64,000 nucleotides of DNA from assembly GCF_964213995.1 (NCBI RefSeq), contig NW_027590122.1, positions 2,046,001 to 2,110,000 of the forward strand, read 5' to 3'. Both the position numbers and the translations under genes were made by a program. Source of the stretch: Mustelus asterias (lineage: Eukaryota). The notes under the pieces are model-generated. The model saw nothing but the letters and a program-made list of their open reading frames with translations, was not told the DNA's origin and made no database searches. Every line of letters begins with the position of its first letter. Positions within the stretch are counted from its first letter, which is position 1. Shown here in pieces: positions 35,771-47,729 of this stretch.

Positions 35771-36825
35771 TTGGCCATAGAAGACAGAGGGTAGCAGCGG
35801 AGGGGTCTTTTTCTGATTGGAGGTCTGTGACTAGTGGTGTTCCGCAGGGCTCTGTACTGGGACCTCTGCTGTTTGTGATATATATAAATGATTTGGAAGA
35901 AGATGTAGCTGGTCTGACTAGTAAGTTTGCGGATGACACAAAGATTGCTGGAGTTGCGGATAGTGATGAACATTGTCAGAGAATACAGCAGGATATAGAT
36001 AGGCTGGAAAATTGGGCGGAGAAATGGCAGATGGAATTTAATCCAGATAAATGCGAAGTGATGCATTTTGGTAGATCTAATGCAGAGGGGAGCTATACAA
36101 TAAATTGCAGAACCATCAGGAGTATAGACACGCAGAAGGATCTGGATGTGCAAGTCCACAGAACCTTAAAGGTGGCAACACAGGTGGAAAGGGTGGTGAA
36201 GTAGGCATATGGCATGCTTGCTTTTATTGGAAGGGGCATAGAGTATAAAAGTTGGCATATGATGTTGCAGTTATATAGAACGTTGGTTCGGCCACATTTG
36301 GAATACAGCGTCCAGTTCTGGTCGCCACACTACCAGAAGGACGTGGAGGCTTTGGAGAGAATACAGAAAAGGTTTACCAGGATGTTGCCTGGTATGGAGG
36401 GTATTAGCTATGAGGAGAGATTGAGTAAACTAGGGTTTTTCTCCCTGGAAAAACAGAGGTTGAGGGGCGACCTAATAGAAGTTTATAAAATTATGAAGGG
36501 CATAGATAGGGTGGACAGTTGGAAGCTTTTTCCCAGGTCAGAAAGAACAAACACAAGGGGTCACAAGTTCAAGATAAGGGGGGCAAGGTTCAATACCGAT
36601 ATGCGGGGGACGTATTTTACACAGAGGGTGGTGGGGGCCTGGAATGCACTACCAAGCAAGGTGGTTGAGGCAGACATGCTAGGATCATTTAAGACTTATC
36701 TAGATAACCACATGAACAGACTGGGAATAGAGGGATACAAACGGATGGTCTCGTTAGGAACACATGATCGGTGCAGGCTTGGAGGGCCGAAGGGCCTGTT
36801 CCTGTGCTGTACTGTTCTTTGTGCT
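35771..36825 (+). mobile_element. CR1 LINE 3' fragment (young; one stop)
   Basis: GVPQGSVLGP, KFADDTK, LYRTLVRPHLEY, AWNALP; 3' end gagggccgaagggcctgttcctgtgctgt. Confidence 0.95.
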
Positions 36826-37619
36826 TTAAAATAGACACAAGAGTTTCCGGGCAGTCACAGGAATGTGGTCAAGATAGTCCAGTCCCCCAATGCCTCACAT
36901 TCAATCTGCAGTCCTTCAATTATAACAGAATATGTGGCTGTATGGAGCTGCCTTGGCCATGGTCAACCCCAACCCCAAGGGTGCCTTCATGAACTGCTGC
37001 AATGCCTGAGGTGCACGTACATCCACAGTGCTGTTAGGAAGGGACTTCCAGCTACACATTCCAGACTTTCACTGGACTGCAGGTGGATATCAGATTGACA
37101 TATTCCATTCAACCACACCCAAGGTGTGTTATTCCAATTCCTTTATTGTCCAGGACAATACATTCACAATATCTTTAAAACAGAAATTAAACATTCCCAT
37201 TTGATTTCAGGTATTAACATATTCTGTTAGTTTGTTCTTTATTGTCAATGTCAGGCTGGGGTTGTTTTCCTTGGAGCAAAGGAGGTTGAGGGGAGATTTG
37301 ATAGAGGTGGACAAGATTCTGACAGGTTTAGATAAGGTGGACAAAGAAAAGCTGTTCCCATTAGCTGACGGGACAAGGACGAGGGGGGACACAGATTTCT
37401 TGTTTTGGGTTAGAGATGCAAGGGAGGGGGAGTGGGGGGCTGGGGGGGGGGGGGGGCAGTGGGGTGGGGGGGGGGAATTGAGGGGGGAGATGTGAGGAAG
37501 AATATTCTGATGCAGTGAATGGTAATGACCTGAAACTCGCTGTCTATGAGGGTGGACGAAGTGGAGACAATAAACAATTAAAAAGGAAATTGGATGGGCA
37601 TTTGGGATGTTCCAAACAG

Positions 37620-38690
37620 AACGAAGAACAAAGAAAATTACAGCACAGAAACAAGCCCTTTGGCCCTCCAAGCCTGCAGCAACCATGCTGCCCGTCTGAA
37701 CTAAAACCCCTACCCTTCCGGGGACCATATCCCTCTATTCCTATGCTATTCATATATTTGTCAAGACACATCTTAAAAGTCACTATCGTATCTGCTTCCA
37801 CTACCTCCCCCGGCAACAAGTTCCAGGCACCCACCACCCTCTGTGTAAAAAACCTGCCTTGTACATCTCCTTTAAACCTTGCCCCTCGCACCTGAAACCT
37901 ATGCCCCTCGTAATTGACTCTTCCACCCTGGGAAAAAGCTTCTGACTATCCACTCTGTCCATGCCCCTCATAATCTTGGAGACTTCTATCAGGTCTCCCC
38001 TCAACCTCCGTCGTTCCAGTGAGAACAGACCAAGTTTCTCCAAACTCTCCTCATAGCTAATGCCCTCCACACCAGGCAACATCCTGATAAATATTTTCCG
38101 TACCCTCTCCAAAGCCTCCACATTCTTCTGGTAGTGTGGTGACCAGAATTGAACACTAGATTCCAAGTGCGGTCGAACTAAGGTTCTATGAAGCTGCAAC
38201 ATGACTTGCCAATTTTTAAACTCAATGCCCCAGCCAATGAAGGCCCGCATGCCGTATGCCTTCTTGATTATCTTCTCCACCTGCATTGCCACTTTCAATG
38301 ACCTGTGTACCTGTACACCCAGATCCCCCTGCCTATGAATACTCTTAAGGGTTCTGCCATTTACTGTATATTTCCCATCTGTATTAGACCTTCCAAAATG
38401 CATTACCTCACATTTGTCCGGATTAAACTTCATCTGCCATCTCTTCGCCCAAGTCTCCAACTGATCTATATCCTGCTGTATCCTCTGCCAGTCCCCATCG
38501 CTATCCGCAATTCCACCAACCTTTGTGTTGTCCACAAACTTACCAATCAAACCAGTTACATTTTCCTCCAAATCATTTATATATATATTACAAACAGCAA
38601 AAGTCCCAGCACTGATCCCTGAGGAATGTCACTTGTCACAGCCCTCCATTCAGAAATGTACCTTTGCAATGCCAACCTCTGTTTTCTTCT
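37620..38690 (-). mobile_element. CR1 LINE 3' fragment
   Basis: 256-aa RT C-terminal ORF at 37801-38571; gaacaaagaa tail near 37620. Confidence 0.93.
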
Positions 38691-38926
38691 GACTAAATAT
38701 CTCTAAACTTCCTAACACCCTGTCACTCTGTGATCCTTGTGACATTTGAAACCAGGTATTTGCAAAAAGACTCAAAGAGCATCAGCCCACTGGAGGCTGA
38801 GACCAGCCAGTCCAGCACAAAGAAACCCTCTGACCCTTCCCATTGACCAACTGTGAGAATGAACAAAATGCAATCCTGGATGTAATTGAGAGCAGGAACA
38901 ATAACAGCAGAATCCAACCTCTGGAA

Positions 38927-40864
38927 TCACTCGTGAACTTGCTGGTGCCTCAGCAGCCGGGATGAAACGCTGAAACCCTTCCCACACACAGAGCAGGTGA
39001 ACGGCCTCTCCCCATTGTGAACTCGCTCGTGCGTCTGCAGGTTGGATAACTGAGTGAATTCTTGCCCGCACTGAGAGCAGGTGAACGGCCTCTCCCCCGT
39101 GTGAACTCGCTGGTGTGTTTGCAGGTTGGATAGCTGAGTGAATCCCTTCCCACACTGAGAGCAGGTGAACGGCCTCTCCCCTGTGTGGACTCGCTGGTGC
39201 GCCCGCAGGCTGGATGACTGAGTGAATCCCTGCCCACACTGAGAGCAGGTGAATGGTTTCTCCCCTGTGTGAACTCGCTGGTGTGTCCGCAGGTCGGATG
39301 ACCGAGTGAATCCCTTCCCACACTGAGAGCAGGTGAATGGTCTCTCCCCAGTGTGAACTCGCTGGTGTGTCTGCAGGCTGGATAACCGAGTGAATCCCTT
39401 CCCACACTGAGGGCAGGTGAACGGCCTTTCCCCAGTGTGAACTCGCTGGTGTGTCTGCAGGCTGGATAACTGAGTGAATCCCTTCCGACACTGAGAGCAG
39501 GTGAATGGCCTCTCTCCAGTGTGAACTCGCTGGTGTCTCTGCAGGCTGGATAACTGAATGAATCCCTTCGCACACTGAGAGCAGGTGAATGGTCTGTCTC
39601 CAGTGTGAACTCGCTGATGTGTCTGCAAGTGGGATGACAGAGTGAATCCCTTCTCACATTGAGAGCAGGTGAACGGTCTCTCCCCAGTGTGAACTCGCTG
39701 ATGTCTCTGCAGGTGGGATGACCGAGTGAATCCCTTCCCACACTGAGAGCAGGTGAATGGGGGCTTCTCCCCAGTGTGAACTCGCTGGTGTGCCCGCAGG
39801 TCGGATGACCGAGTGAATCCCTTCCCACACTGAGGGCAGGTGAACGGCCTCTCCCCAGTGTGAACTCGCTGGTGTGCCTGCAGGTTGGATAACTGATTGA
39901 ATCCCTTCCCACACTGAGAGCAGGTGAACGGCCTCTCCCCAGTGTGAATTCGCTGGTGTGTCAGCAGGCTGGATGACCGAGTGAATCCCTCCCCACACTG
40001 AGAGCAAGTGAATGGCCTCTCCCCTGTATGAACTCGCTGGTGTGTCCGCAGCTCGGATAACTGAATGAATCCCTTCCCACACTGAGAGCAGGTGAATGGC
40101 CTCTCCCCAGTGTGAGCTTGCTGGTGTCTCTGCAGGCTGGATAACTGAGTGAACCTCTTACCATACTGAGAGCAGGTAAATGGCCTCTCTCCAGTGTGAA
40201 CTCGCTGGTGTCTCTGCAGGCTGGATAAATTATTGAATTCCTTCTCACACTGAGAGCAAGTGAACGGCCTCTCCCCAGTGTGAACTCGCTGGTGTCTCTG
40301 CAGGTGGGATGACTGAGTGAATCCCTCCCCACATTGAGAACAGGTGAACGGCCTCTCTCCAGTGTGAACTCGCTGGTGTCTCTGCAGGTGGGATGACCGA
40401 GTGAATCCCTCCCCACACTGAGAGCAGGTGAACGGCCTCTCCCCAGTGTGAACTCGCTGGTGTGACTGCAGGGTGGATAAATAAGTGAATTCCTTCTCAC
40501 ACTGAGAGCAAGTGAACGGCCTCTCTCCAGTGTGAACTCGCTGGTGTCTCTGCAGGCTGGATATCCGAGTGAATCCCTTCCCACACTGAGAGCAGGTGAA
40601 GGGCCTTTCCCCAGTGTGAACTCGCTGGTGTCTCTGCAGGTGGGATGACTGAGTGAATCCCTCCCCACACTGAGAGCAGGTGAACGGCCTCTCCCCAGTG
40701 TGAACTCGCTGGTGTCTCTGCAGGTTGGATAACTGACTGAATCCCTTCCCACATTGAGAGCAGATGAACGGCCTCTCCCCAGTGTGGCTGCGCCGATGAG
40801 CTTCCAGCTCTGATGGGGTTCCGTATCCCTTCCCACAGTCCGCACATTTCCATGGTTTCGCCAT
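38927..40864 (-). CDS. C2H2 zinc-finger protein ZNF-4 (23 finger units, homogenised FTCSQC repeats; subfamily B)
   Basis: Intact 645-aa ORF of 84-bp repeats; one unit has C>Y; candidate acceptor cattttacag near 41204. Confidence 0.95.
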   Translation of the reverse strand: MAKPWKCADCGKGYGTPSELEAHRRSHTGERPFICSQCGKGFSQLSNLQRHQRVHTGERPFTCSQCGEGFTQSSHLQRHQRVHTGERPFTCSQCGKGFTRISSLQRHQRVHTGERPFTCSQCEKEFTYLSTLQSHQRVHTGERPFTCSQCGEGFTRSSHLQRHQRVHTGERPFTCSQCGEGFTQSSHLQRHQRVHTGERPFTCSQCEKEFNNLSSLQRHQRVHTGERPFTCSQYGKRFTQLSSLQRHQQAHTGERPFTCSQCGKGFIQLSELRTHQRVHTGERPFTCSQCGEGFTRSSSLLTHQRIHTGERPFTCSQCGKGFNQLSNLQAHQRVHTGERPFTCPQCGKGFTRSSDLRAHQRVHTGEKPPFTCSQCGKGFTRSSHLQRHQRVHTGERPFTCSQCEKGFTLSSHLQTHQRVHTGDRPFTCSQCAKGFIQLSSLQRHQRVHTGERPFTCSQCRKGFTQLSSLQTHQRVHTGERPFTCPQCGKGFTRLSSLQTHQRVHTGERPFTCSQCGKGFTRSSDLRTHQRVHTGEKPFTCSQCGQGFTQSSSLRAHQRVHTGERPFTCSQCGKGFTQLSNLQTHQRVHTGERPFTCSQCGQEFTQLSNLQTHERVHNGERPFTCSVCGKGFSVSSRLLRHQQVHE

Positions 40865-41299
40865 GGTGGAGGTGTCCTTACCTCACTCTTGAGTGGACAA
40901 TTAGTTGAAACTTCGTCCACACACAGAACAAGATTACAGTCTCCACCCGCTGTGAATGGTGTGATATTTATTCAGACTGTGGAACTGGTTAAAGCTCTTT
41001 GGAACACACTCACTCAAGTGTGGCAGTGTGTTGATGCTTTTTCACTCACACTGACATTTCAAATCTTTTCAAATCGACAGACTGGACAATCATTTCTCCT
41101 TCTGGATTCAAAGTCCGATGATATTGAGGTCCCAAGGAATATGACTCTGTCAGATCGAGACGTGACATTTGAGATTTCAGCCTGTGATTCCTCTTTCAAT
41201 ATCCTGTAAAATGAGTTTCCAAAAGTCATCAGTGTCAGTACAGGATAGAAATTCAGAACAGACAATTTCTATGGAACATTCTTTCCTCTCTCATTCAGA

Positions 41300-42430
41300 G
41301 GGTGGGTTCTCCCCCGCATATGCACAGCTTCCCCTCTCCCTCGCACATTTTGCAGTCCCCGGCCGGGGGGAGGGGGAGATCACCGAGCGGCTTCTCGCTC
41401 TGGCCGGAGCCGTCAGCCGGTTGCCTGGAAACCTTGGCTCGATGTGGTGTAGGGGGAGGGGAACAATGGGTGGGGGCGGGGCTCCCGGGTCCGCGCGCCC
41501 GGGCCTGCGCACTGGAACCCGGAGACATCACCGCGGAGCAGAGTGATTCCTATTGGCTGATTCAGGCAGGGCTCTATCGTGGCATCACAATGCGGAAGTT
41601 GTCCAATGAGCTTCAGAGTGAAACTTCGCTCTCCGATCACATTCCATTGTGACGTCACACCCTCACCCATTCCATTGTGACGTCACACTCTCACCCATTC
41701 CATTGTGACGTCACACCCTCACCCATTCCATTGTGACGTCACACCCTCACCCATTCCATTGTGACGTCACACCCTCACCCATTCCATTGTGATGTCACAC
41801 TCTCACCCATTCCATTGTGACGTCAGGGCTTCCCTCTCCGATCACAATCCCTGCCGGCCTCCCACATGCAGCCTCAATGGCGGCAGTCAGCCCGGGTCTA
41901 ACACTACAAGCTGCCGCTCCATTTGGTACAAAGGGGGGGGAACCGGGAAGTTCATTTCCGGGGTCTGGGTTTGAACAACATGTTTACAAAGCCTCTCCAC
42001 CCACCCGCCACATTTATCATTCCCCGCGCGCCGCCCTCTACCTGGTATTGATCTCGCTTCCGAGTCAAAACCGTCCTTCCGACGCCATTACCCGCACTGC
42101 GCATGCTTCAGGTCCCGCCTTCATTCACTCTGATTGGTTGGAGGACCAGCCGCTCCCGCTCGGTCGGCCAGTCCCGCCCCCTCTTCCTATTGGTCCGGAG
42201 CTGCCGTCAATCAGTCCCCGGGCATTGTGATGTGGAGCATGCGCAGTGTCATTGCTGTCCTTGGCGCTTGTTTGTCCCGGAGAAGCGGAGTCAGCGTTAG
42301 GCGGTGGCTGGGAGGATTTGGAAACACTTTGTGGATCCGCAAACCCTTCAGAATCATTGTCAGCTCCCTGGTTTGCAGCTGCGGGGCTTCTCCCTCCCGG
42401 GAACAGGCCCAGGTTAACGGCCCCATCCTG
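41300..42430. promoter_or_regulatory. CpG-island bidirectional promoter between head-to-head ZNF-4 (-) and ZNF-5 (+)
   Basis: CpG-rich; CCAAT boxes; ETS CCGGAAGT (41943); YY1-like AATGGCGG (41876); GC box; inverted pair of NRF1 sites (42096, 42236); CRE repeat. Confidence 0.8.
41640..41825. repeat. 28-bp minisatellite (6.6 copies), each unit carrying the palindrome TGTGACGTCACA
   Basis: cattccattgtgacgtcacaccctcacc at 41640, 41668, 41696, 41724, 41752, 41780 (TGATGTCA variant) and 41808 (partial). Confidence 0.97.
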
Positions 42431-42659
42431 GCTCAGCCACTGGAGGATGGTTCACATCAGAGGATGGGGGAGGGGGACAATAAATAAGAGGTTACACTTT
42501 GGCCTCAAATCAATGAGGACTCTGATCTCTGGGAAGGAAGGAAACCCTGGGAGGTGGGCGGGGAGGATTCACAAACACCCGCTGGAGGCCCCAACACCCC
42601 CAATAAGACCCATTGGTTTTATTGTCAGTCTGCAGACAGGAGCTGGAGAACTGAACCCA

Positions 42660-42945
42660 ATAAGAAGTCTCACAACACCAGGTTAAAGACCAACAGGTTT
42701 ATTTGGTAGCAAAAGCCACTTGCTTTCGGATCACTGCTCCTTCATCAGGTGAGTAGGACTTGTGTTCATAAACGGGGCATATATATTGACACAAACTCAA
42801 TTTACAAGATAATGGTTGGAATGTGAGTCTTTACAGGTAATCAAGTCTTAAAGGTACAGACAATGTGAGTGGAGAGAGGGTTAAGCACAGGTTAAAGAGA
42901 TGTGTATTGTCTCCAGCCAGGACAGTTAGTGAGATTTCCACATCA
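42660..42945 (-). mobile_element. Penelope terminal-repeat fragment with degenerate hammerhead (42717-42751) and 13-bp TSD
   Basis: Reverse-complement homolog of about 35480-35770; TSD AGAACTGAACCCA at 42647-42659 and 42946-42958. Confidence 0.88.
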
Positions 42946-43446
42946 AGAACTGAACCCAGACAGGAGAGGGAGGGAGAAAACTGGGAGTGGAGGGAAGAAA
43001 TGGTGGAGATGTTGAGATGGGTTTGGATTTCAGCCCAGGGGAGGAGGGAGAGTGTGTGGGACGGGGATTTATAGATTTGGGGGAACAAGAGAGGAAAATA
43101 TGTTCCAGAGAAACTATGAATTGTCTGTTCAGAATTTCTATCCTGCACTGACAGTGATGGTATTGGTAAATTGTTTTTGCAGGGTATTATGAAGGAGAAT
43201 TTACAGATGTGAAACTCGAACCAAACTTCACATCAAGGTCTGTTTCAGTGATTTGATTAATCAGAAACTGAATATCGTCAGCCTTTGTCTCCAGAAGGAG
43301 AAATGTTCATTCTGTCTGCGGGCAAAGATTTCAAACATCAGTGTGACTGAAAAAGCACCTACACACACACACACACCTGTGAGTTTCGAATGTGCTGAAT
43401 GTGGAAAGTGGTTTAACAAGTCTGAAAAATAATCACATCATTCTCA

Positions 43447-44675
43447 GTGAGTAGTGACCCGACACATATTCTGTGTAAACGAGGCTTCAACTCATCATCC
43501 AACCTGGAGTCACACGAGGACACCCGCTCCACAGAGAAACCATTGAAATGTGGGGACTGTGGGAGGGGATTCAATTACCCGTCCGAATTGGATATTCATC
43601 GTCGTGTTCACACTGGAGAGAGGCCGTTCACCTGCTCTGAGTGTGGGAGGGGATGTCATGCTTTATCAAGCCTCCTGATTCACCGGCAAGTTCACTCCGA
43701 TCAGAGACTGTTTCAGTGTTCTGATTGTGAGAAAAGCTTTAAAAGCACAAAGGACCTCCTGAGACACCAGCGCACTCACATGGCGGTGAGACCGTTCACC
43801 TGCTCAGTGTGTGGGAAGGGATTCACTCAGTCATCCCACCTTCTGACACACCAACTTGTTCACACTGATCAGAGACCATTTCAATGTTCTGACTGTGAGA
43901 AGAGATTTAAAAGTAAAAATGATTTACAAGTCCATCAGCGCACTCACACTGGGGAGAAGCCATTCACCTGCTCCGTGTGTGAGAGGAGATTCGGACGTTT
44001 ATCCCAGCTGCAAACACACCAGCGAGTTCACTCTGATAAGAGACCATTTCAGTGTTCTGACTGTGAGAAGAGCTTTAAAAGTAAACAGGATTTGGTGACA
44101 CACCAGCGAGTTCACACTGGGGAGAAACCGTTCACCTGCTCGGTGTGTGGGATGGGTTTCACCCATTCATCCCACTGTCTGAGACACCAGCGAGTTCACA
44201 CCGGGGAGAAGCCATTCATTTGCTGTGTGTGTGTGGGAAGGGATTCACTGATTCACCCCAGCTCCTGATACACGAGCGAATTCACACTGGGGAGAAACCC
44301 TTCGCTTGCTCCACATGTGGGAAACGATTCACTCAGCCACCCCAGCTCATTGCACATCAACTAGTCCACACTGATCAGAGACCTTTTAAGTGTTCTGACT
44401 GTGAGAAAAGCTTTAAAAGCTCTAAGGACCTGCTGAGACACCAGCAAATTCACACTGGAGAGAGATCATTCACCTGCTCCATGTGTGGGAAAAGGTTCAC
44501 TCAGTCATCCCACCTGCTGAGACACCAGCAGGTTCACACAGGAGAGAGATCGTTCACCTGCTCCGTATGTGGGAAGAGATTTGCTCGGTCAGCCAATCTA
44601 CTGAGACACCTGCAAGTTCACAAGTCACTGCAGGGGTTGGATTCTGCTGTTGCTGCTCACCCCATGCAGGACTGA
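43447..44675 (+). pseudogene. C2H2 zinc-finger ZNF-5 (13 fingers; +2 frameshift in a (TG)n run near 44224-44235; no family ATG)
   Basis: Two overlapping ORFs, 43447-44268 and 44145-44675; alternating [17 protein letters not shown] fingers; STEKP where paralogs have TMEKP. Confidence 0.8.
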
Positions 44676-44825
44676 ATCATGTTCATTTATTTATTTATCT
44701 ATCTGTTATTGAAGTAATTAATAAGTAATCCCATGCAGGACTGAATCATGTTCATTTATTTATCTATCTATTATTTAAGTAATTAGTAAATAAGTAATCC
44801 CATGCAGGACTGAATCATGTTCATT
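44661..44825 (+). repeat. 69-bp tandem repeat (2.4 copies) at the ZNF-5 stop / 3' UTR
   Basis: cccatgcaggactgaatcatgttcatt at 44661, 44730 and 44799. Confidence 0.92.
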
Positions 44826-44834
44826 CTGTTATTA

Positions 44835-46140
44835 AGGAGACTGGGTTGGGACACAGATAATCTCTGTGCAATCAGGCAGAGTCAACATGGTTTTGTGCAA
44901 GGGAAATCATGTTAATTGATTTATTGGATTTCTTTGAGGAAGTAACAAGCAATGTGGATAAAGTGGAACCTGTGGATGTGGTGTATTTAGATTTCCAGAA
45001 GGCATTTGACAAGGTGCCACATCAAAGTTCACCACACTAAATAAGAATTTGTAGCATAAGGCATAACATATTAGCATCCCATCCACTTTGATTCTTTATA
45101 TTAGCATGGATAGAGGATTGATGAGCTAATAGGAAACAGGAGGGAGAAATGAGTCATTTTTGGGATGGCAAAATGTAGCCTGTGGAGTGCCACAGGGACC
45201 AGTGCTGGGCCCTCAACTATTGACAAACTATTTTCATGATGTGGATGACAGGATCAAAATTTGTTGATAACACAAAGGTAGGTAGGAAAGTGAGATGTGA
45301 ATGACCATAACAAGCCTGTAAAGTAATATAGATAGGGTCAGTGAGTGGGTAAAAGGTTGGCAGCTGGAACAAGATTTTTGGATAATGTGAACTTGTCCAT
45401 TTGGACAGGAAGGATGGAAAAGCAGTTGATTATTTAAAGCGAGCGATTGCAGAACTTTGAGGTACAGAGGGATCTGGGTGTCCTGGTACTGTAATCAGGA
45501 AACGTTAGTGTGTGGACACAGCAAATGATTAGAAAGGTAAATGAATTGTTGTTTATTGCAGGGATGTTTTGCTATATTTGTTCAGGGTATTGGTGAGAGC
45601 ACATCTAGAGCACGGTGTACAGTTTTGGTCTCCTTACTTAAGAGAGGACTTGTGTGAGAAGTAGTTCAGAGAAGGTTTACTTGACTGATTCCTGGGATGA
45701 GGGAGTTATCATACGAGGAAAAGTTGGACATGTTCGGCCTGTATCTATTGGTGTTTAGAAGAATGAGAGAGGATCTGATTGAAACATATAAAATTCAGAG
45801 GGGACTTGACAGAGTGGATGTTGATTGTCGAGAGAGGAGAACTAGAGGCACAGTTTAAAAATAAGGGGTCTCCCATTTAAGACTGGGATGAGGAGAAACC
45901 TTTTCTCTCAGAGGGTTGTTACAGTGTGGAATTCTCTTCCACAGAGAGTGGTGGAGGCTGGCTCACTGAATATTCTGAAGTCTGAATTTAATAGATTCTT
46001 GATTGACAAGAGAGTCAAAGGGTGTGAGGGGTAAGAAGGAAAGTGGAGTTGAAGCTACAATCACATCAGCCGGGATCCTATTGAATGGTGGAGCAGGCTC
46101 GAGGGGCCGAGTGGCCTTCTCCTGCTCCTAATTCACATGT
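44835..46140 (+). mobile_element. CR1 LINE, degenerate
   Basis: QSQHGFVQGKSC, VVYLDFQKAFDKVPH, GVPQGPVLGP remnants; 3' end ggctcgaggggccgagtggccttctcctgctcc. Confidence 0.88.
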
Positions 46141-47729
46141 TCACATTGTGATAGTTGGAGTTTGTTTCTGCTGATGTTAATTTCCCAAAAAACTGAGCTG
46201 CAGCTTAATCTACAGAATAGAATCAAATAAATCTTGATGATAAACTAATTGACCAGCCAGGGTCTAACTGAATGACAGAGCAGACTGGAAGGGCTGAACA
46301 ACCTGCTCCAGTTCCTGTGTAGTTTCTCCCCAGGATTCTCCCACTCTCTAACTCTGCTCCAGTGCTGGTTTCTGATGAAGTCTCTTCTCCCCAGGTCTCC
46401 CATCACTTTCCATTCATCAGCTGGTGTCTGAGTCCAAGTTTACCAGGAACAGGAGGAGGTCATTTATCCCTCAAGCCTGTTCTCTCATTCACTGAGGTCA
46501 TGGCTGATCTGTGACCTAACTCCATTTACCCAGATATTGTTTTAATCCTGACTTCCTCAGTCTGTTACAATGAGATTTTTAAAATAACTTTTGTTTACAT
46601 CAGACCTTCAATGTAGGAGAGTGTCCCAAGGTGAATCTCAGAAACATCAATTGATAAATCAGACAACTGGCACTGAGGGGATGTTAGGAGGCTGACTGAA
46701 GACTTGGTGCAGTGTAAAGGGTTAATGTTAAATTTGTAAATATTCTACCCAGTGATGTAAGATCAGGTGATAAGAGTTTGCTGAGAGATGGTTCTATGCT
46801 GAGCCTTGTGCTGTACATATTTAGAAGAAGGTGCAATAAAAAGTTATATTAACCAATAGCCTTGCCTCCAGCAGTCTCTGTCAATCGTGGCCAATTTCTG
46901 TATCCACTTGATCTAAACCTGTCATAATAGTGTTCACCTCTATCAGATCTTCCCTTAGCCTCCTTCATTCCAGGGAGAATAACTCCAACTTCTCGAACCT
47001 GACCTTGGAGTTAAAATCCTTCATTGCTGGAACCATTCTGGTGAACCTCCACACCTTCTCAAGGACCATCCCACCATTCCTAAAGCGTGCTGTCTGGATA
47101 TGAACACAATATTCCCATTGTGGTTTAAACAGTGCTTCATAAAGCTTCAGCATAACTTCATTGGCTTTTATTACAATGGCTCTATTGGAAACCAATGTAT
47201 TATGGACCTTTTTAATGTGCAGTCAGTTTGTAACTTTATTTATTTTATATTAATCAGTGTTCACGGGTTGTGGTGTAACGCTCTGTGTCGAGTCTCTCAT
47301 GGTGGTAACATGGAATATCGAGGGTGATAGAAGAACCCAGACTGAGCATATCTGAAGAACTGCATTGTGGGTTCAATGTGCAAAGCATACTGGTCAATGT
47401 AGTCAAGTCGCAGCCTTGCTGGAATTAGCAATGTCTGCAAAATGAATTAAATTGTGCAGGAAACTGGCCTCATACTGTGAGAAAGATGTGTTTGTTTGAG
47501 CTAATGAACTTGTCTGTAGCAGCTTGGGGAATGATAACGGTGTCAGAGGTAACACAGTGGAGTCAGGCTGGCTCTATTCCTTCAAGTATAACCGTGTAAT
47601 AGGCCCAGGACATAAAAACAAGGGAGAAGACAATGCTGTCATTGAAATCAAATTCAATGGGCTAAAAACAGGCATTACAACTTATTTTTTATTCGTTTAC
47701 AGAGGTCAAAGCCCACAGAATAATAAAAG

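Noticed and set aside
35707-36204. Apparent Penelope-CR1 fusion ORF
   Set aside because: Chance in-frame junction of a Penelope terminus with a 5'-truncated CR1; no ATG and an internal stop follows
38772-40920. Long alternative-frame ORFs within ZNF arrays (RDSLSHPTC.., WEGIHSVI..)
   Set aside because: Standard off-frame shadows of tandem C2H2 repeats
41640-41825. CRISPR-like array of 28-bp palindromic repeats
   Set aside because: Units are head-to-tail with no unique spacers, there are no cas genes, and the context is vertebrate; the 48-bp LTR repeats fail for the same reason
46713-46883. Short TG...CA solo-LTR candidate with AATAAA
   Set aside because: Flanks GCAG and ATCG give no TSD and there is no second copy; boundaries unsupported
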